64,000 nucleotides of DNA from Minisyncoccota bacterium (GTDB lineage Bacteria; Patescibacteriota; Minisyncoccia; JAHIHE01; JAGLIN01): NCBI GenBank assembly GCA_041661265.1, contig JBAZUT010000003.1, positions 79,191 through 143,190 on the forward strand, given 5' to 3'. Position 1 is the stretch's first letter. The number at the start of each line of letters is the position of its first letter. A program made the translations under genes and the position numbers. The notes under the pieces were generated by a model. That model was not told the origin of the DNA. It saw only the letters and a list, made by a program, of their open reading frames with translations, and made no database searches. Below, piece after piece: positions 53,373 to 62,926 of this stretch.

Positions 53373-53490
53373 CTGAAATTGTTTTTTTATAGACATATTT
53401 CAAAAGAAACCGACAACATTAATCATTTGTCGGTTTCTATATAGACCGCAGCAGGTGATCCGATTAATCAAGGTAATATAAGTTTTCAAA

Positions 53491-54615
53491 ATGTCCAAAA
53501 CAAATATAAAAAAATCCGGAGCGATCCCTTCGCAGCTCATGAGACAGATGATATCGCGAGGCGAGATCGTGAAGGCAAAAAATGACAGCATTCAACCGGC
53601 AAGCATTGATCTATGCGTAAGCGATGAAGGATACAGAATGAAAGGGACATTCCTTCCCAAAAAGGGAGAGTCCGTGCGCGACATCATAAAAAATGAATCC
53701 CTGTATAGGATCAACCTCTCGAATCCGCTGGAAAAAAGTGGCGTCTATCTCATAAAACTGATCGAGAGCCTTGCGCTTTCTCCCGAGATCTTTGCGATAG
53801 CTTCGAGCAAGAGCTCAACCGGACGCGTTGATCTTCAGACCAGGCTGATCGTTGATGATAATTCGCGATTTGACGACGTGCCCTGCGGATACGAAGGAGA
53901 GCTATGGCTTCAGGTCATTCCGAAATCTTTTCTGATAAAATTGAACAGCGAAGATAAATTGAATCAGCTCCGGTTCTTCAATGGAGACGCAAAGCTGTCA
54001 CGCGATGAACTGCTGAAGCTTTACATATCTGAAAATCTTCTCGTCGATGATAATTTACGACCCATCGATTCAGATCAGAAACTTACTCAGAACCAAGGAT
54101 GCAATCTGACGATGTGCATCGACCTTGAAGGATCCGGGAATTCGAACATAATCGGATATAAGAATCTTCTCGTGGACCAGGTTTTGGATTTTTCAAAAAG
54201 AAACTACTATGATATGAATGATTTTTTTGAGCCCATAGCTAAACCGAGAGATGGAAAACTGATCTTGGAAAAAGGATCGTTTTATATTTTTTCAACCAAA
54301 GAGATGATCAGAGTACCGCGGAATTATTCCGCCGAAATGATCGCTTATGACATTTTTACGGGAGAATTCAGGAGCCACTATGCGGGATTTTTCGATCCCG
54401 GGTTCGGATATGGCGAAAAAGGGGAAATAAAGGGACGGCAGGCCGTGCTGGAGGTGAGATCCTTTGACAGCAATTTTATTTTTCGCGACGGACAACCGAT
54501 ATGCCAGATGAATTATGAGAACCTCGTGGAATCGCCCGATTTTGTCTATAGCGAGAAGATCGGATCTCATTATGCAAACCAGAAAGGTCCAAAACTGAGC
54601 AAACATTTCAAATAG
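53491..54615 (+). CDS. dcd: 2'-deoxycytidine 5'-triphosphate deaminase (long form)
   Basis: QPASIDL, KSSTGRVD, GEFRSHYAGFFDPGFG, LSKHF. Confidence 0.9.
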   Translation: MSKTNIKKSGAIPSQLMRQMISRGEIVKAKNDSIQPASIDLCVSDEGYRMKGTFLPKKGESVRDIIKNESLYRINLSNPLEKSGVYLIKLIESLALSPEIFAIASSKSSTGRVDLQTRLIVDDNSRFDDVPCGYEGELWLQVIPKSFLIKLNSEDKLNQLRFFNGDAKLSRDELLKLYISENLLVDDNLRPIDSDQKLTQNQGCNLTMCIDLEGSGNSNIIGYKNLLVDQVLDFSKRNYYDMNDFFEPIAKPRDGKLILEKGSFYIFSTKEMIRVPRNYSAEMIAYDIFTGEFRSHYAGFFDPGFGYGEKGEIKGRQAVLEVRSFDSNFIFRDGQPICQMNYENLVESPDFVYSEKIGSHYANQKGPKLSKHFK

Positions 54616-54668
54616 AAAGCGGGAGGATCGATTTTGTTTTTATCTGATACTATGTTAATTGATCTACT

Positions 54669-56171
54669 ATGAGCGATTTAGGCAATAGCAAGTGGCCGTT
54701 ATACAAAGACACAATGCTTATTTTTGGCAATCCCAAAAGCCAGGTTGGCATCTGCACGCTATGGACAAAAAAAGAGCTCGTTGCCGAAAAATTGGATCAA
54801 AATAAGTTTGCCGTCATGGGCAATCTTTATTCGCCGAGAAAAGGGATCAGTTTTTTATTTCGCAATCTGCTCGCAAATCCCAATATACGCCACCTGATCA
54901 TTTTGGGCCTCGACAATTCCAAAAGCGGCCAAGCGCTAGCTGATTTTTTTGATGGCGGATTTGAGAGATTCGAAGATGAGAAAACCAATACCATATATTG
55001 GAAAATAAGGAGCGGAGTCGATAACCGGATAGATTACGAAATCGACAAAGCCGCGCTGGATCTGCTGAGAGTAAATATTAATTTTATCGACTTGAGAAAA
55101 GAAAACGATCTTTCAAAAGTGCAAAGCATCATCAACAATTTAAAACAAGACCTCGAGTCTTACGCCTCAAAGCCGCTTCTTTTTCCGGATCCCGAGAAAA
55201 GCGATATAAATATGTATCCCTCCGAGCCAGCTGTCCATGTCGTTCGAGGCGCAAAAATTTCCGAAGTATGGGTTAAGATCCTTGATGAAATAATCAGATT
55301 CGGAGTAACTGACAAAACCTCATATCAAAACCGGCAGAAAGAGATCCTGGACCTTACGTCGATCATAACCGACGAGGATCCGGAAAATTTGCAAATTCCC
55401 GAATGGCTCCCGAATGACCGCGATCATCTCAGGAACTATCTGCCGACGATCCTGACCGCAAAATGCCCGGCTGGAGCTTCTTATACATATGGATCCAGAA
55501 TGCGCAGCTATTTCGGAGTTGACCAGGTCCAAAAGGCTGTGGATGAGCTCCTTCATGAAAAATACACCAGAAGGGCCGTGATCAATCTTTTGGATCCGAG
55601 AGTGGACTGCAACAGCAAAAATCCTCCTTGCCTGAACCATTGCTGGTTCCGAATTCAGAATGACAAAATATATCTTGTAGCAACGATCAGAAGCAATGAT
55701 ATGTTCGAAGCGTGGCCGGAAAATGCATTCGGCCTGCGCATGCTTCAATTTTTGGTGTACAAGTCCATTCTTGCCAAATATCCCGAAGTAAAGCTTGGGG
55801 ATCTCGTCATCCATTCCCAATCCGCTCATATATACGATGACTCTTGGGATGAAGCGAAGAATATCATCCAGAACCATTATATTGAAACAGTCAAGCATCC
55901 AAGGAATGAAATAGATCCAAGGGGGAATTTTCTCATTAAAACCGATGACGACGAGATCATTGTCGAACATTATTCGCATGACGAGCTTCTTCTTTCATCG
56001 TATAAGGGAAAAAATGCCATGTTGATCTATCTGAGGATATCCAGAGACAGAGCCATCTCCAATATCAATCATGCTATTTACCTCGGAACAGAGCTTCAGA
56101 AGGCTGAGGAATCGATAAGATTGCGGATTCAATATGAACAAGATAAAGACCTGAAGTATAAACGAAAATAA
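54669..56171 (+). CDS. thymidylate synthase-like protein fused to N-terminal MtrA-like and C-terminal DUF4346 domains
   Basis: ICTLWT, GNLYS, NLLANPNIR; YTYGSR, RRAV, PPCL, RSNDM, AHIY; HAIYLGTELQKAE...YEQD. Confidence 0.85.
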   Translation: MSDLGNSKWPLYKDTMLIFGNPKSQVGICTLWTKKELVAEKLDQNKFAVMGNLYSPRKGISFLFRNLLANPNIRHLIILGLDNSKSGQALADFFDGGFERFEDEKTNTIYWKIRSGVDNRIDYEIDKAALDLLRVNINFIDLRKENDLSKVQSIINNLKQDLESYASKPLLFPDPEKSDINMYPSEPAVHVVRGAKISEVWVKILDEIIRFGVTDKTSYQNRQKEILDLTSIITDEDPENLQIPEWLPNDRDHLRNYLPTILTAKCPAGASYTYGSRMRSYFGVDQVQKAVDELLHEKYTRRAVINLLDPRVDCNSKNPPCLNHCWFRIQNDKIYLVATIRSNDMFEAWPENAFGLRMLQFLVYKSILAKYPEVKLGDLVIHSQSAHIYDDSWDEAKNIIQNHYIETVKHPRNEIDPRGNFLIKTDDDEIIVEHYSHDELLLSSYKGKNAMLIYLRISRDRAISNINHAIYLGTELQKAEESIRLRIQYEQDKDLKYKRK

Positions 56172-56618
56172 ACCCATCTCCGCCGCCTGCACCGGACGCA
56201 AACAGCCACATCAATACAATGACGATTTGACGAAATGCCGGTGTGTGGTCTATACTGAAATCAGGAATGATTGCATGATAAAAAACGATCGAAAGCAAAT
56301 AATTCTAAATAAAAAAACCCTGGTCCGATTATAAAGAAACAAATAAAAATTAGATTTAAATCAACGATTGTGCTTTTCTATTGTGCATTATTGTTATGAA
56401 CTGAGCCTATCCATCATTTGATTTGGAAGGTTTTTATTTTATGCAAATTCAGATCTTGCCACAAGAATTATGTATGCTCGAATCAGGAATCGGTGCGATT
56501 TTAGTTCTTTTTCATTCGAGGAATATAATGCATGTTGAATTGGCGCCAACGAGGCGAGATCCTGACTTCCGAAGTTATGCGCTATCTGTTATAATTGTAC
56601 TATACAATATCAAATCAA

Positions 56619-57311
56619 ATGAAGAACTATAACCCTAAAGGCAAATTAATCGTGATTGATGGCATTGACGGAGCGGGAAAAGCCACTCAAACGAAACTTC
56701 TTCTGGAAAAACTCAAGGAGTCGGGCAAGGCCGCAGAAACCATGGACTTTCCTCGATATTATGATAATTTCTTCGGGAAACTGATCGGAAGATTCCTGAA
56801 TAATGAATTTGGAGACGCGCCGAATGTAAATCCATATCTTGCATCCGTCCTTTATGCAGCAGACAGATTCGAATCAAAGGAAAAAATATCCGCCTGGCTG
56901 AAAGACGGCAAAATAGTCATATTGGACAGATATGCTTCTTCGAATCAGATCCATCAGGGAGGAAAGATACATGATACAATTGAAAAGGAGACCTTCCTAA
57001 AATGGCTTGAAGAAATGGAATTCGAAGTGTTTAAAATACCGAAACCCGATGCGATTATCTTTCTCAATGTGCCTTACGATTATTCCAAGGACCTTTTGAA
57101 GAAAAAATCGGCACGAGATTATATAAAAAAAGCCAAAAACGACAAAGTCGAGAAAGATAAACAATATCAGACATCTTCATATATCCAATCACTGGACCTT
57201 GTAAAAAAATACAATAATTGGCTGGAAATAAATTGTGTTGAAAATAATGAATTGCTCCCGCCTGATAAAATAAGCGATCTCGTCTGGAATAAATTGAAAA
57301 ATATTATTTAA
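56619..57311 (+). CDS. tmk: thymidylate kinase
   Basis: DGIDGAGKATQ, FPRY, LYAADR, LDRY. Confidence 0.92.
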   Translation: MKNYNPKGKLIVIDGIDGAGKATQTKLLLEKLKESGKAAETMDFPRYYDNFFGKLIGRFLNNEFGDAPNVNPYLASVLYAADRFESKEKISAWLKDGKIVILDRYASSNQIHQGGKIHDTIEKETFLKWLEEMEFEVFKIPKPDAIIFLNVPYDYSKDLLKKKSARDYIKKAKNDKVEKDKQYQTSSYIQSLDLVKKYNNWLEINCVENNELLPPDKISDLVWNKLKNII

Positions 57312-57321
57312 TACCCCGAGA

Positions 57322-57753
57322 ATGAAAACAATTGGAATTGTGAAAGTGAATGATGATGCCAGGATCCCGTCATATGCTCATGCGGAAGATGCGGGAATGG
57401 ATCTTTTTTCAAACGAAAATGACTATATGTTGAAAGCTGGAGAAAGAAAAGGCTTTTCGACCGGAATAAAAATGGAGATTCCCGATGGCTATGCAGGGCT
57501 CGTCTGGGATAAAAGCGGCCTAGCTTTCAAAAATGGCATTAAAACGATGGCTGGGGTTATTGATTCGACTTATAGGGGAGAGATAGTGATAATTATGATA
57601 AATCTCGGAGATTCCGGATATCTGGTGGAGAAAGGCTCCAAAATAGCACAAATGATAGTACAAAAAATTGAGCATTTCGAGCTTTCTGTTCAGACTTCCA
57701 TTGAAAATACATCCAGAGGAGAAAAAGGATTCGGAAGTACCGGTCTAAAATAA
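57322..57753 (+). CDS. dut: dUTP diphosphatase
   Basis: DAGMDL, KSGLA, GVIDSTYRGE, RGEKGFGSTG. Confidence 0.96.
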   Translation: MKTIGIVKVNDDARIPSYAHAEDAGMDLFSNENDYMLKAGERKGFSTGIKMEIPDGYAGLVWDKSGLAFKNGIKTMAGVIDSTYRGEIVIIMINLGDSGYLVEKGSKIAQMIVQKIEHFELSVQTSIENTSRGEKGFGSTGLK

Positions 57754-57794
57754 TGTTTATTTGAATACACACAGTATTGATTTATGAACATACG

Positions 57795-57803
57795 TTATCC
57801 ACA
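57795..57803 (+). promoter_or_regulatory. isolated DnaA box
   Basis: TTATCCACA perfect match in an intergenic region. Confidence 0.35.
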
Positions 57804-57896
57804 TGACATTGATTTTGTAGTTTTTTGATATTGTGTTATAATTATATTTAGTTTGCGACGAGCTGTCTTTCTAATGATACTAATAAAATAAAAAAC

Positions 57897-59129
57897 ATGA
57901 AGGTTCTCATGTTTGGATGGGAATTTCCTCCGTTCAACAGCGGAGGATTGGGAACCGCTTGCTATGGAATAACAAAGGCGCTGTCCGGTAAAGGCGTTCA
58001 AGTAAATTTTGTAATGCCCCGGACTGTCAATGTTAAAGAAGACTTTCTGAACCTGATTTCCACCAATCTACCAAAAATAAAAATAAAAGAAATAGATTCT
58101 CTTCTTGTTTCTTATATAACGTCTCAGAACTACAGGAGAAGGTTTTTGGAGTTGGATAAAGACGTTAGAACGTTCTATTGCAGCAATCTTATCGAAGAAG
58201 TTTACAGATATGCGGTTGCGGCGGAAGGCATCGCAAGAGATGTGCGGCATGACATAATCCATTCTCACGATTGGATGACGTTCCCGGCCGGCATAGCGGC
58301 AAAGAGAATCTCGGGAAAACCTCTTGTTGTGCATGTGCATTCCACGGAATTCGACAGGTCTGCCGGACATGGTGTAAATCCCGAAGTTTATAAGATCGAG
58401 AGAGAGGGGATCGAGAAGGCCGATCGGGTGATAGCAGTCAGCAGGTACACAAAAGACAAGATCATGCGAAATTATAATATTGACGGAAGCAAGATCGACG
58501 TTGTATATAATGCGATTTATAAAAATGAATTCTCTTCCCAATCCGATTGCAAGAGCCAGTTCAATTTTATGGGAAAAAAGATCGTGCTTTTCCTCGGAAG
58601 ACTTACATTGCACAAAGGACCCGACTATTTCCTTTCTGCCGCAAAGAAAGTATTGGACAGAAATAATAATGTAATTTTCGTGATCGCTGGATCCGGGGAC
58701 ATGGAACACCAGGTGATCGAACAAGCTTCCGAAATGGGAATTGCCGATAAGGTTCTGTTTACGGGATTTCTCAGGGATGCTCAGCTCCGGAAGATCTATA
58801 AGATGGCGAATTTATATGTGATGCCGTCCGTTTCCGAGCCATTCGGGATCACCCCGCTTGAAGCGATCGCCAGCGGAACTCCGGTGATCGTTTCGAAACA
58901 ATCCGGCGTGAGCGAGGTGCTTGATCATTGCCTGAAAGTCGATTTCTGGGACGTGAATGAAATGGCCAACAAAATCATATCCGTATTGGAAAACCAGGAG
59001 CTTGAGGATTGCCTGTGCGGCAACAGCTTCAAAGAGATCGATAAATTGAGATGGGAATTTTCAGCAGACAGAATAATTGATATCTATAACAGCTTAACAA
59101 GAGCAAACGCCATACATCATGGCCAATAA
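57897..59129 (+). CDS. GT4 glycosyltransferase (glycogen synthase-like)
   Basis: GWEFPP..SGGLG, HSHDWMT, EPFGITPLEA. Confidence 0.9.
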   Translation: MKVLMFGWEFPPFNSGGLGTACYGITKALSGKGVQVNFVMPRTVNVKEDFLNLISTNLPKIKIKEIDSLLVSYITSQNYRRRFLELDKDVRTFYCSNLIEEVYRYAVAAEGIARDVRHDIIHSHDWMTFPAGIAAKRISGKPLVVHVHSTEFDRSAGHGVNPEVYKIEREGIEKADRVIAVSRYTKDKIMRNYNIDGSKIDVVYNAIYKNEFSSQSDCKSQFNFMGKKIVLFLGRLTLHKGPDYFLSAAKKVLDRNNNVIFVIAGSGDMEHQVIEQASEMGIADKVLFTGFLRDAQLRKIYKMANLYVMPSVSEPFGITPLEAIASGTPVIVSKQSGVSEVLDHCLKVDFWDVNEMANKIISVLENQELEDCLCGNSFKEIDKLRWEFSADRIIDIYNSLTRANAIHHGQ

Positions 59130-59140
59130 AAACTAAAACC

Positions 59141-60346
59141 ATGCCTTCAGTGTGTTTTTATTTTCAAGTTCATCAGCCTTTCAGAATAAAAAGATATTCC
59201 GTTTTTGACATTGGGTCCGATCATAATTATTTCGACGACACTAATTTGAATGAAAAAGGAACAAGAGCGGTCATCGATAAGGTATCAAAAAAGTGCTATC
59301 TCCCCACAAATGAGATCCTATATGATTTGATCAGAAGAAATCCGGAATTTAAAATAAGCTATTCATTTTCAGGAACAGCAATTGAGCAGATGGAAATGTT
59401 TGCGCCCGAAGTATTGGAATCATTTGTGAAACTCGCAAAAACGGGAAATGTTGAGATCCTTGATGAAACATATTATCACTCACTATCATTTTTCTATTCT
59501 GACGAAGAGTTCATCAGGCAAGTCGAACTTCACAGGAGCAAAATAAAGGAAGTATTCGGACTCGAACCGAAAGTATTCCGTAACACTGAACTTGCCTACA
59601 ACAATGAGCTGGCCGCCTTGATTGAAAGTATGGGATATAAAGGGATAATTGCCGAGGGATGGGATTATTATTTGGGGCATAGATCGCCGAACTTTCTGTA
59701 TAAACCCAAAGGCACGCGAAAGATCAAACTTCTGCTTAAAAATTATAAGCTTTCAGACGACATTGCATTTAGATTTTCAAATAAAGGCTGGGCGGAATAT
59801 CCGCTCTATGCACCGAAATTCTGCCAGTGGGTGAATTCGATAAACGGCAACGGAAATACGGTGAACCTATTCATGGATTATGAAACATTTGGAGAGCACC
59901 AGTGGGAGGACAGCGGAATATTCAATTTCCTCAGAGCGCTCCCAAGCGAGCTCCTGAAGCATCCGGATAACAACTTCAAAACGCCTTCGGAGCTGGTCGA
60001 TTCATACAGCACCATGGATGAAGTGGATGTACATGGCATATTGACATGGGCGGACACTGAGAGAGATCTTTCCGCCTGGACGGGAAATTCAATGCAGAAA
60101 TCAGCACTCAGAAAGATCTATGAAATCGAAGAAGATGTGATCAATGCCAATGACAAGAAGCTTCTCGATGACTGGAGGAAAATGCAGACCAGCGATCATT
60201 TCTATTACATGTGCACAAAATGGTTCTCGGATGGAGACGTTCACAAGTATTTCAGTCCATACGAATCGCCATATGAAGCATTTATAAGCTATATGAACGT
60301 ATTGAACGACTTCAAAATTCGATTATTGGAATTTAAAAATAATTAA
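59141..60346 (+). CDS. GH57 alpha-amylase family protein
   Basis: QVHQP, ETYYHSL, FRNTEL, MDYETFGEHQ, QTSDHFYYM. Confidence 0.93.
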   Translation: MPSVCFYFQVHQPFRIKRYSVFDIGSDHNYFDDTNLNEKGTRAVIDKVSKKCYLPTNEILYDLIRRNPEFKISYSFSGTAIEQMEMFAPEVLESFVKLAKTGNVEILDETYYHSLSFFYSDEEFIRQVELHRSKIKEVFGLEPKVFRNTELAYNNELAALIESMGYKGIIAEGWDYYLGHRSPNFLYKPKGTRKIKLLLKNYKLSDDIAFRFSNKGWAEYPLYAPKFCQWVNSINGNGNTVNLFMDYETFGEHQWEDSGIFNFLRALPSELLKHPDNNFKTPSELVDSYSTMDEVDVHGILTWADTERDLSAWTGNSMQKSALRKIYEIEEDVINANDKKLLDDWRKMQTSDHFYYMCTKWFSDGDVHKYFSPYESPYEAFISYMNVLNDFKIRLLEFKNN

Positions 60347-60366
60347 GTAATAATAAAAAAAACAAT

Positions 60367-60654
60367 ATGGCAAGAAAAACACAAAAACCGGATCTCGTTA
60401 CAGTCGATGGGGATCTGTGCTTCTGGATCAACAACGGCCCGGCCCTGAGAAACATGAAGGATCTCTCGGATGCGCTCAAGAACATCAGCGAGGAATCATA
60501 TGCCTATCATGTGAATTCCGAAAAAAATGACTTCGCGAACTGGGCATTGAATGCGCTTCAGGATGAGACGCTTTCATTAAAGCTATCTAAATCAAAAAAC
60601 GTAAAAGCAGCCATCAAGGCGGTGGATGACAGATTGAAAAAATACAACGTATAG
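60367..60654 (+). CDS. small protein, DUF5752-like
   Basis: FW...G, YHV...KNDFANW motif, next to GT4/GH57. Confidence 0.7.
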   Translation: MARKTQKPDLVTVDGDLCFWINNGPALRNMKDLSDALKNISEESYAYHVNSEKNDFANWALNALQDETLSLKLSKSKNVKAAIKAVDDRLKKYNV

Positions 60655-60713
60655 TCAATTCATCATTGCCTGTACGAGAATATTGTATAACTTTCTATCA
60701 TTAACATAGAACT

Positions 60714-61094
60714 ATGTCAAAAAAGATAGCTATTATTGAAGATGACATCGAGATAAGTGATATGTACAAGATCAAACTGGAGCTCGGCGGGTATGTGATT
60801 GTCAGTGCAGAAAATGGCACCGATGGATTGAAGTTGATAAAGTCAGAAAAGCCTGACCTGGTTTTGCTTGATCTTCTGCTTCCAGAGAAGGATGGCTATG
60901 AGGTGATGGAAGAACTGAAAAAATCCAATGATCCATACATAAAATCACTGCCTATTGTGGTCATTTCAAACCTATCGAACGAAGACGACATCCTTGAAGC
61001 CAAAAATCTGGGCGCTACGGATTTTCTCGTAAAAGCAAAGATCAATCCGGCAAGTGTTTTGGAAAAAGTGAATCTGGTGCTTCAAGCTAAATAA
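60714..61094 (+). CDS. stand-alone response regulator receiver
   Basis: IIEDD, LLDLLLP..DG, SN, FLVK. Confidence 0.9.
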   Translation: MSKKIAIIEDDIEISDMYKIKLELGGYVIVSAENGTDGLKLIKSEKPDLVLLDLLLPEKDGYEVMEELKKSNDPYIKSLPIVVISNLSNEDDILEAKNLGATDFLVKAKINPASVLEKVNLVLQAK

Positions 61095-61572
61095 TTTTGT
61101 TAGAAAAAAAGGATCGAAGAAGTAAGCTTCTACGGCAATGTGTATATAACACAATAAAATGAAGCTTCTTGTTTTATATAAAAAAATAACACTGAATAAT
61201 AAGGATGAAGCAAGAGCAAGAGCTTGTCATCACCAAACAGAAACAGAACATTGTTCTGATGTTTTTTGTTGTTTTGCATCTATGTATTCATAAAGGCATA
61301 GGGACATCGACCAGGTTACTTTGCCTTATTTTCTGAGACTCCTCAGGAAACCTCCTCGCCTTCTCTAAATTCAGAAAAGGTTTGTTTATGATCTGTAATA
61401 ATTCCTATTACCGATACAAGAAAAAATTGAGATATGGATTTAAACCAGATAATATATTTTTAGGAATATTAAAGAAGAAACATATCGATTGCTTTTGTTA
61501 AATTACATAATTATGCTATAATAAATTAGATTATCGAAACAAACTAGATAATGTCGTTTTGTAATGTAAACA

Positions 61573-62907
61573 ATGCCACACATAAAAATCGAAAATGCAT
61601 GCGTCATATATAATGAAGGATCCGATAATCAGGTCAATGCTTTGATGGATGTAAATTTTGAGATCAAGCCTCAGGAATATGTCATAATATTCGGACCTTC
61701 AGGTTGTGGAAAATCCACATTATTGAACCTGATCGCGGGACTTGAAAAACCAACAAGAGGCAAGGTTATTATCAACGAACAGGACATAAGTCAGATGGAT
61801 GCCAATGAATTCGCAAGATTCCACTGTACTTCGATCGGAATGGTATTCCAGGCGTATAACCTTCTATCAAGCTTGAGCGTGATCGACAATATACTTCTTC
61901 CGCAAATATTCCTAGGTAACGCCAACAGAAAAGAAAGAAGAGAGAAAGCGGTCAAGCTTTTGGAAAAATTCGGCATAACGTCGCAAGCCAACAGGATACC
62001 AACCGAACTATCCGGAGGCCAGCAACAGAGGATTGGAATAGCAAGAGCCCTTATCAATGATCAGCCGATATTGCTTGCCGATGAACCAATCGGAAACCTT
62101 GACTCCAAGTCTGCGCAAAACGTTCTGAAGATCTTTGACGACCTGAACAAGATCGACAAAAAGACTTTTATAATGGTCACCCACAATCCCGAAAATCTGG
62201 AATATGCCGACAGAGTTTTTTATATGAAAGACGGACGCATCGAGCATGAGGTTGTGAACAAGAAAAAAAATAAAAAGAATACAGAGAAAGGCGGCGCGAA
62301 GGAAAGGGAATTCGAACTTTTGATGAGATCGTTTCCCGGACTTTCGGAAGCTCAGCTTCATATGCTTATGATCCCGTTCAAAGCGAAAATACTTTCCGAA
62401 TATCTGCTGACAAAAACCAACGTAGATCAGAATCAGAGGCTCGAAGAATTTATCAGAAACAGAATAATTGGAAAATTCAAAAGAGAAGAATTGAGATTAA
62501 TGCTCGACAGATCGATCGAAGACGGAGGCGTGGGGCTTGACGAAAGAACGGCTACGGATTTTTCACACGGAGTTGAAAAAGTGCTGGACAACGCAGAGAT
62601 CATTCAAAGCGATCTCAGCGGCATTTCATCCAAGCTCGGATATAAAGACTCCAGACTTAAAGCAAAACTTTTTGTCCGATATTTCAAAAGAGCATTTCTC
62701 GACAACACCACGCGGGAACAGATCAATCGGCTCGAAGATCTTTTGGAAAAACGATTGCTGAATGAAATAGGACATGAATTATTCGCCGAAAAGCTTGACT
62801 TGCCGTTCAAGGAGGGCGGAGTGGGACTGGACAAGAGAGTAGTCAGGAAGCTCATCAAGGAGTTTGAGATAACATTGCTTGTGAAATTCGGCATAAAAAA
62901 AGAATAA
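61573..62907 (+). CDS. LolD/MacB-type ABC ATPase with C-terminal duplicated extension
   Basis: GPSGCGKST, LSGGQQQR, LADEPIGNLD, VTH; two GGVGLD-containing repeats. Confidence 0.9.
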   Translation: MPHIKIENACVIYNEGSDNQVNALMDVNFEIKPQEYVIIFGPSGCGKSTLLNLIAGLEKPTRGKVIINEQDISQMDANEFARFHCTSIGMVFQAYNLLSSLSVIDNILLPQIFLGNANRKERREKAVKLLEKFGITSQANRIPTELSGGQQQRIGIARALINDQPILLADEPIGNLDSKSAQNVLKIFDDLNKIDKKTFIMVTHNPENLEYADRVFYMKDGRIEHEVVNKKKNKKNTEKGGAKEREFELLMRSFPGLSEAQLHMLMIPFKAKILSEYLLTKTNVDQNQRLEEFIRNRIIGKFKREELRLMLDRSIEDGGVGLDERTATDFSHGVEKVLDNAEIIQSDLSGISSKLGYKDSRLKAKLFVRYFKRAFLDNTTREQINRLEDLLEKRLLNEIGHELFAEKLDLPFKEGGVGLDKRVVRKLIKEFEITLLVKFGIKKE

Positions 62908-62926
62908 CCTTTAATGTGATATAAAA

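Noticed and set aside
56423-56632. 69-aa ORF upstream of tmk
   Set aside because: TTG start, no recognisable motifs, and it overlaps the likely promoter and start region of tmk.
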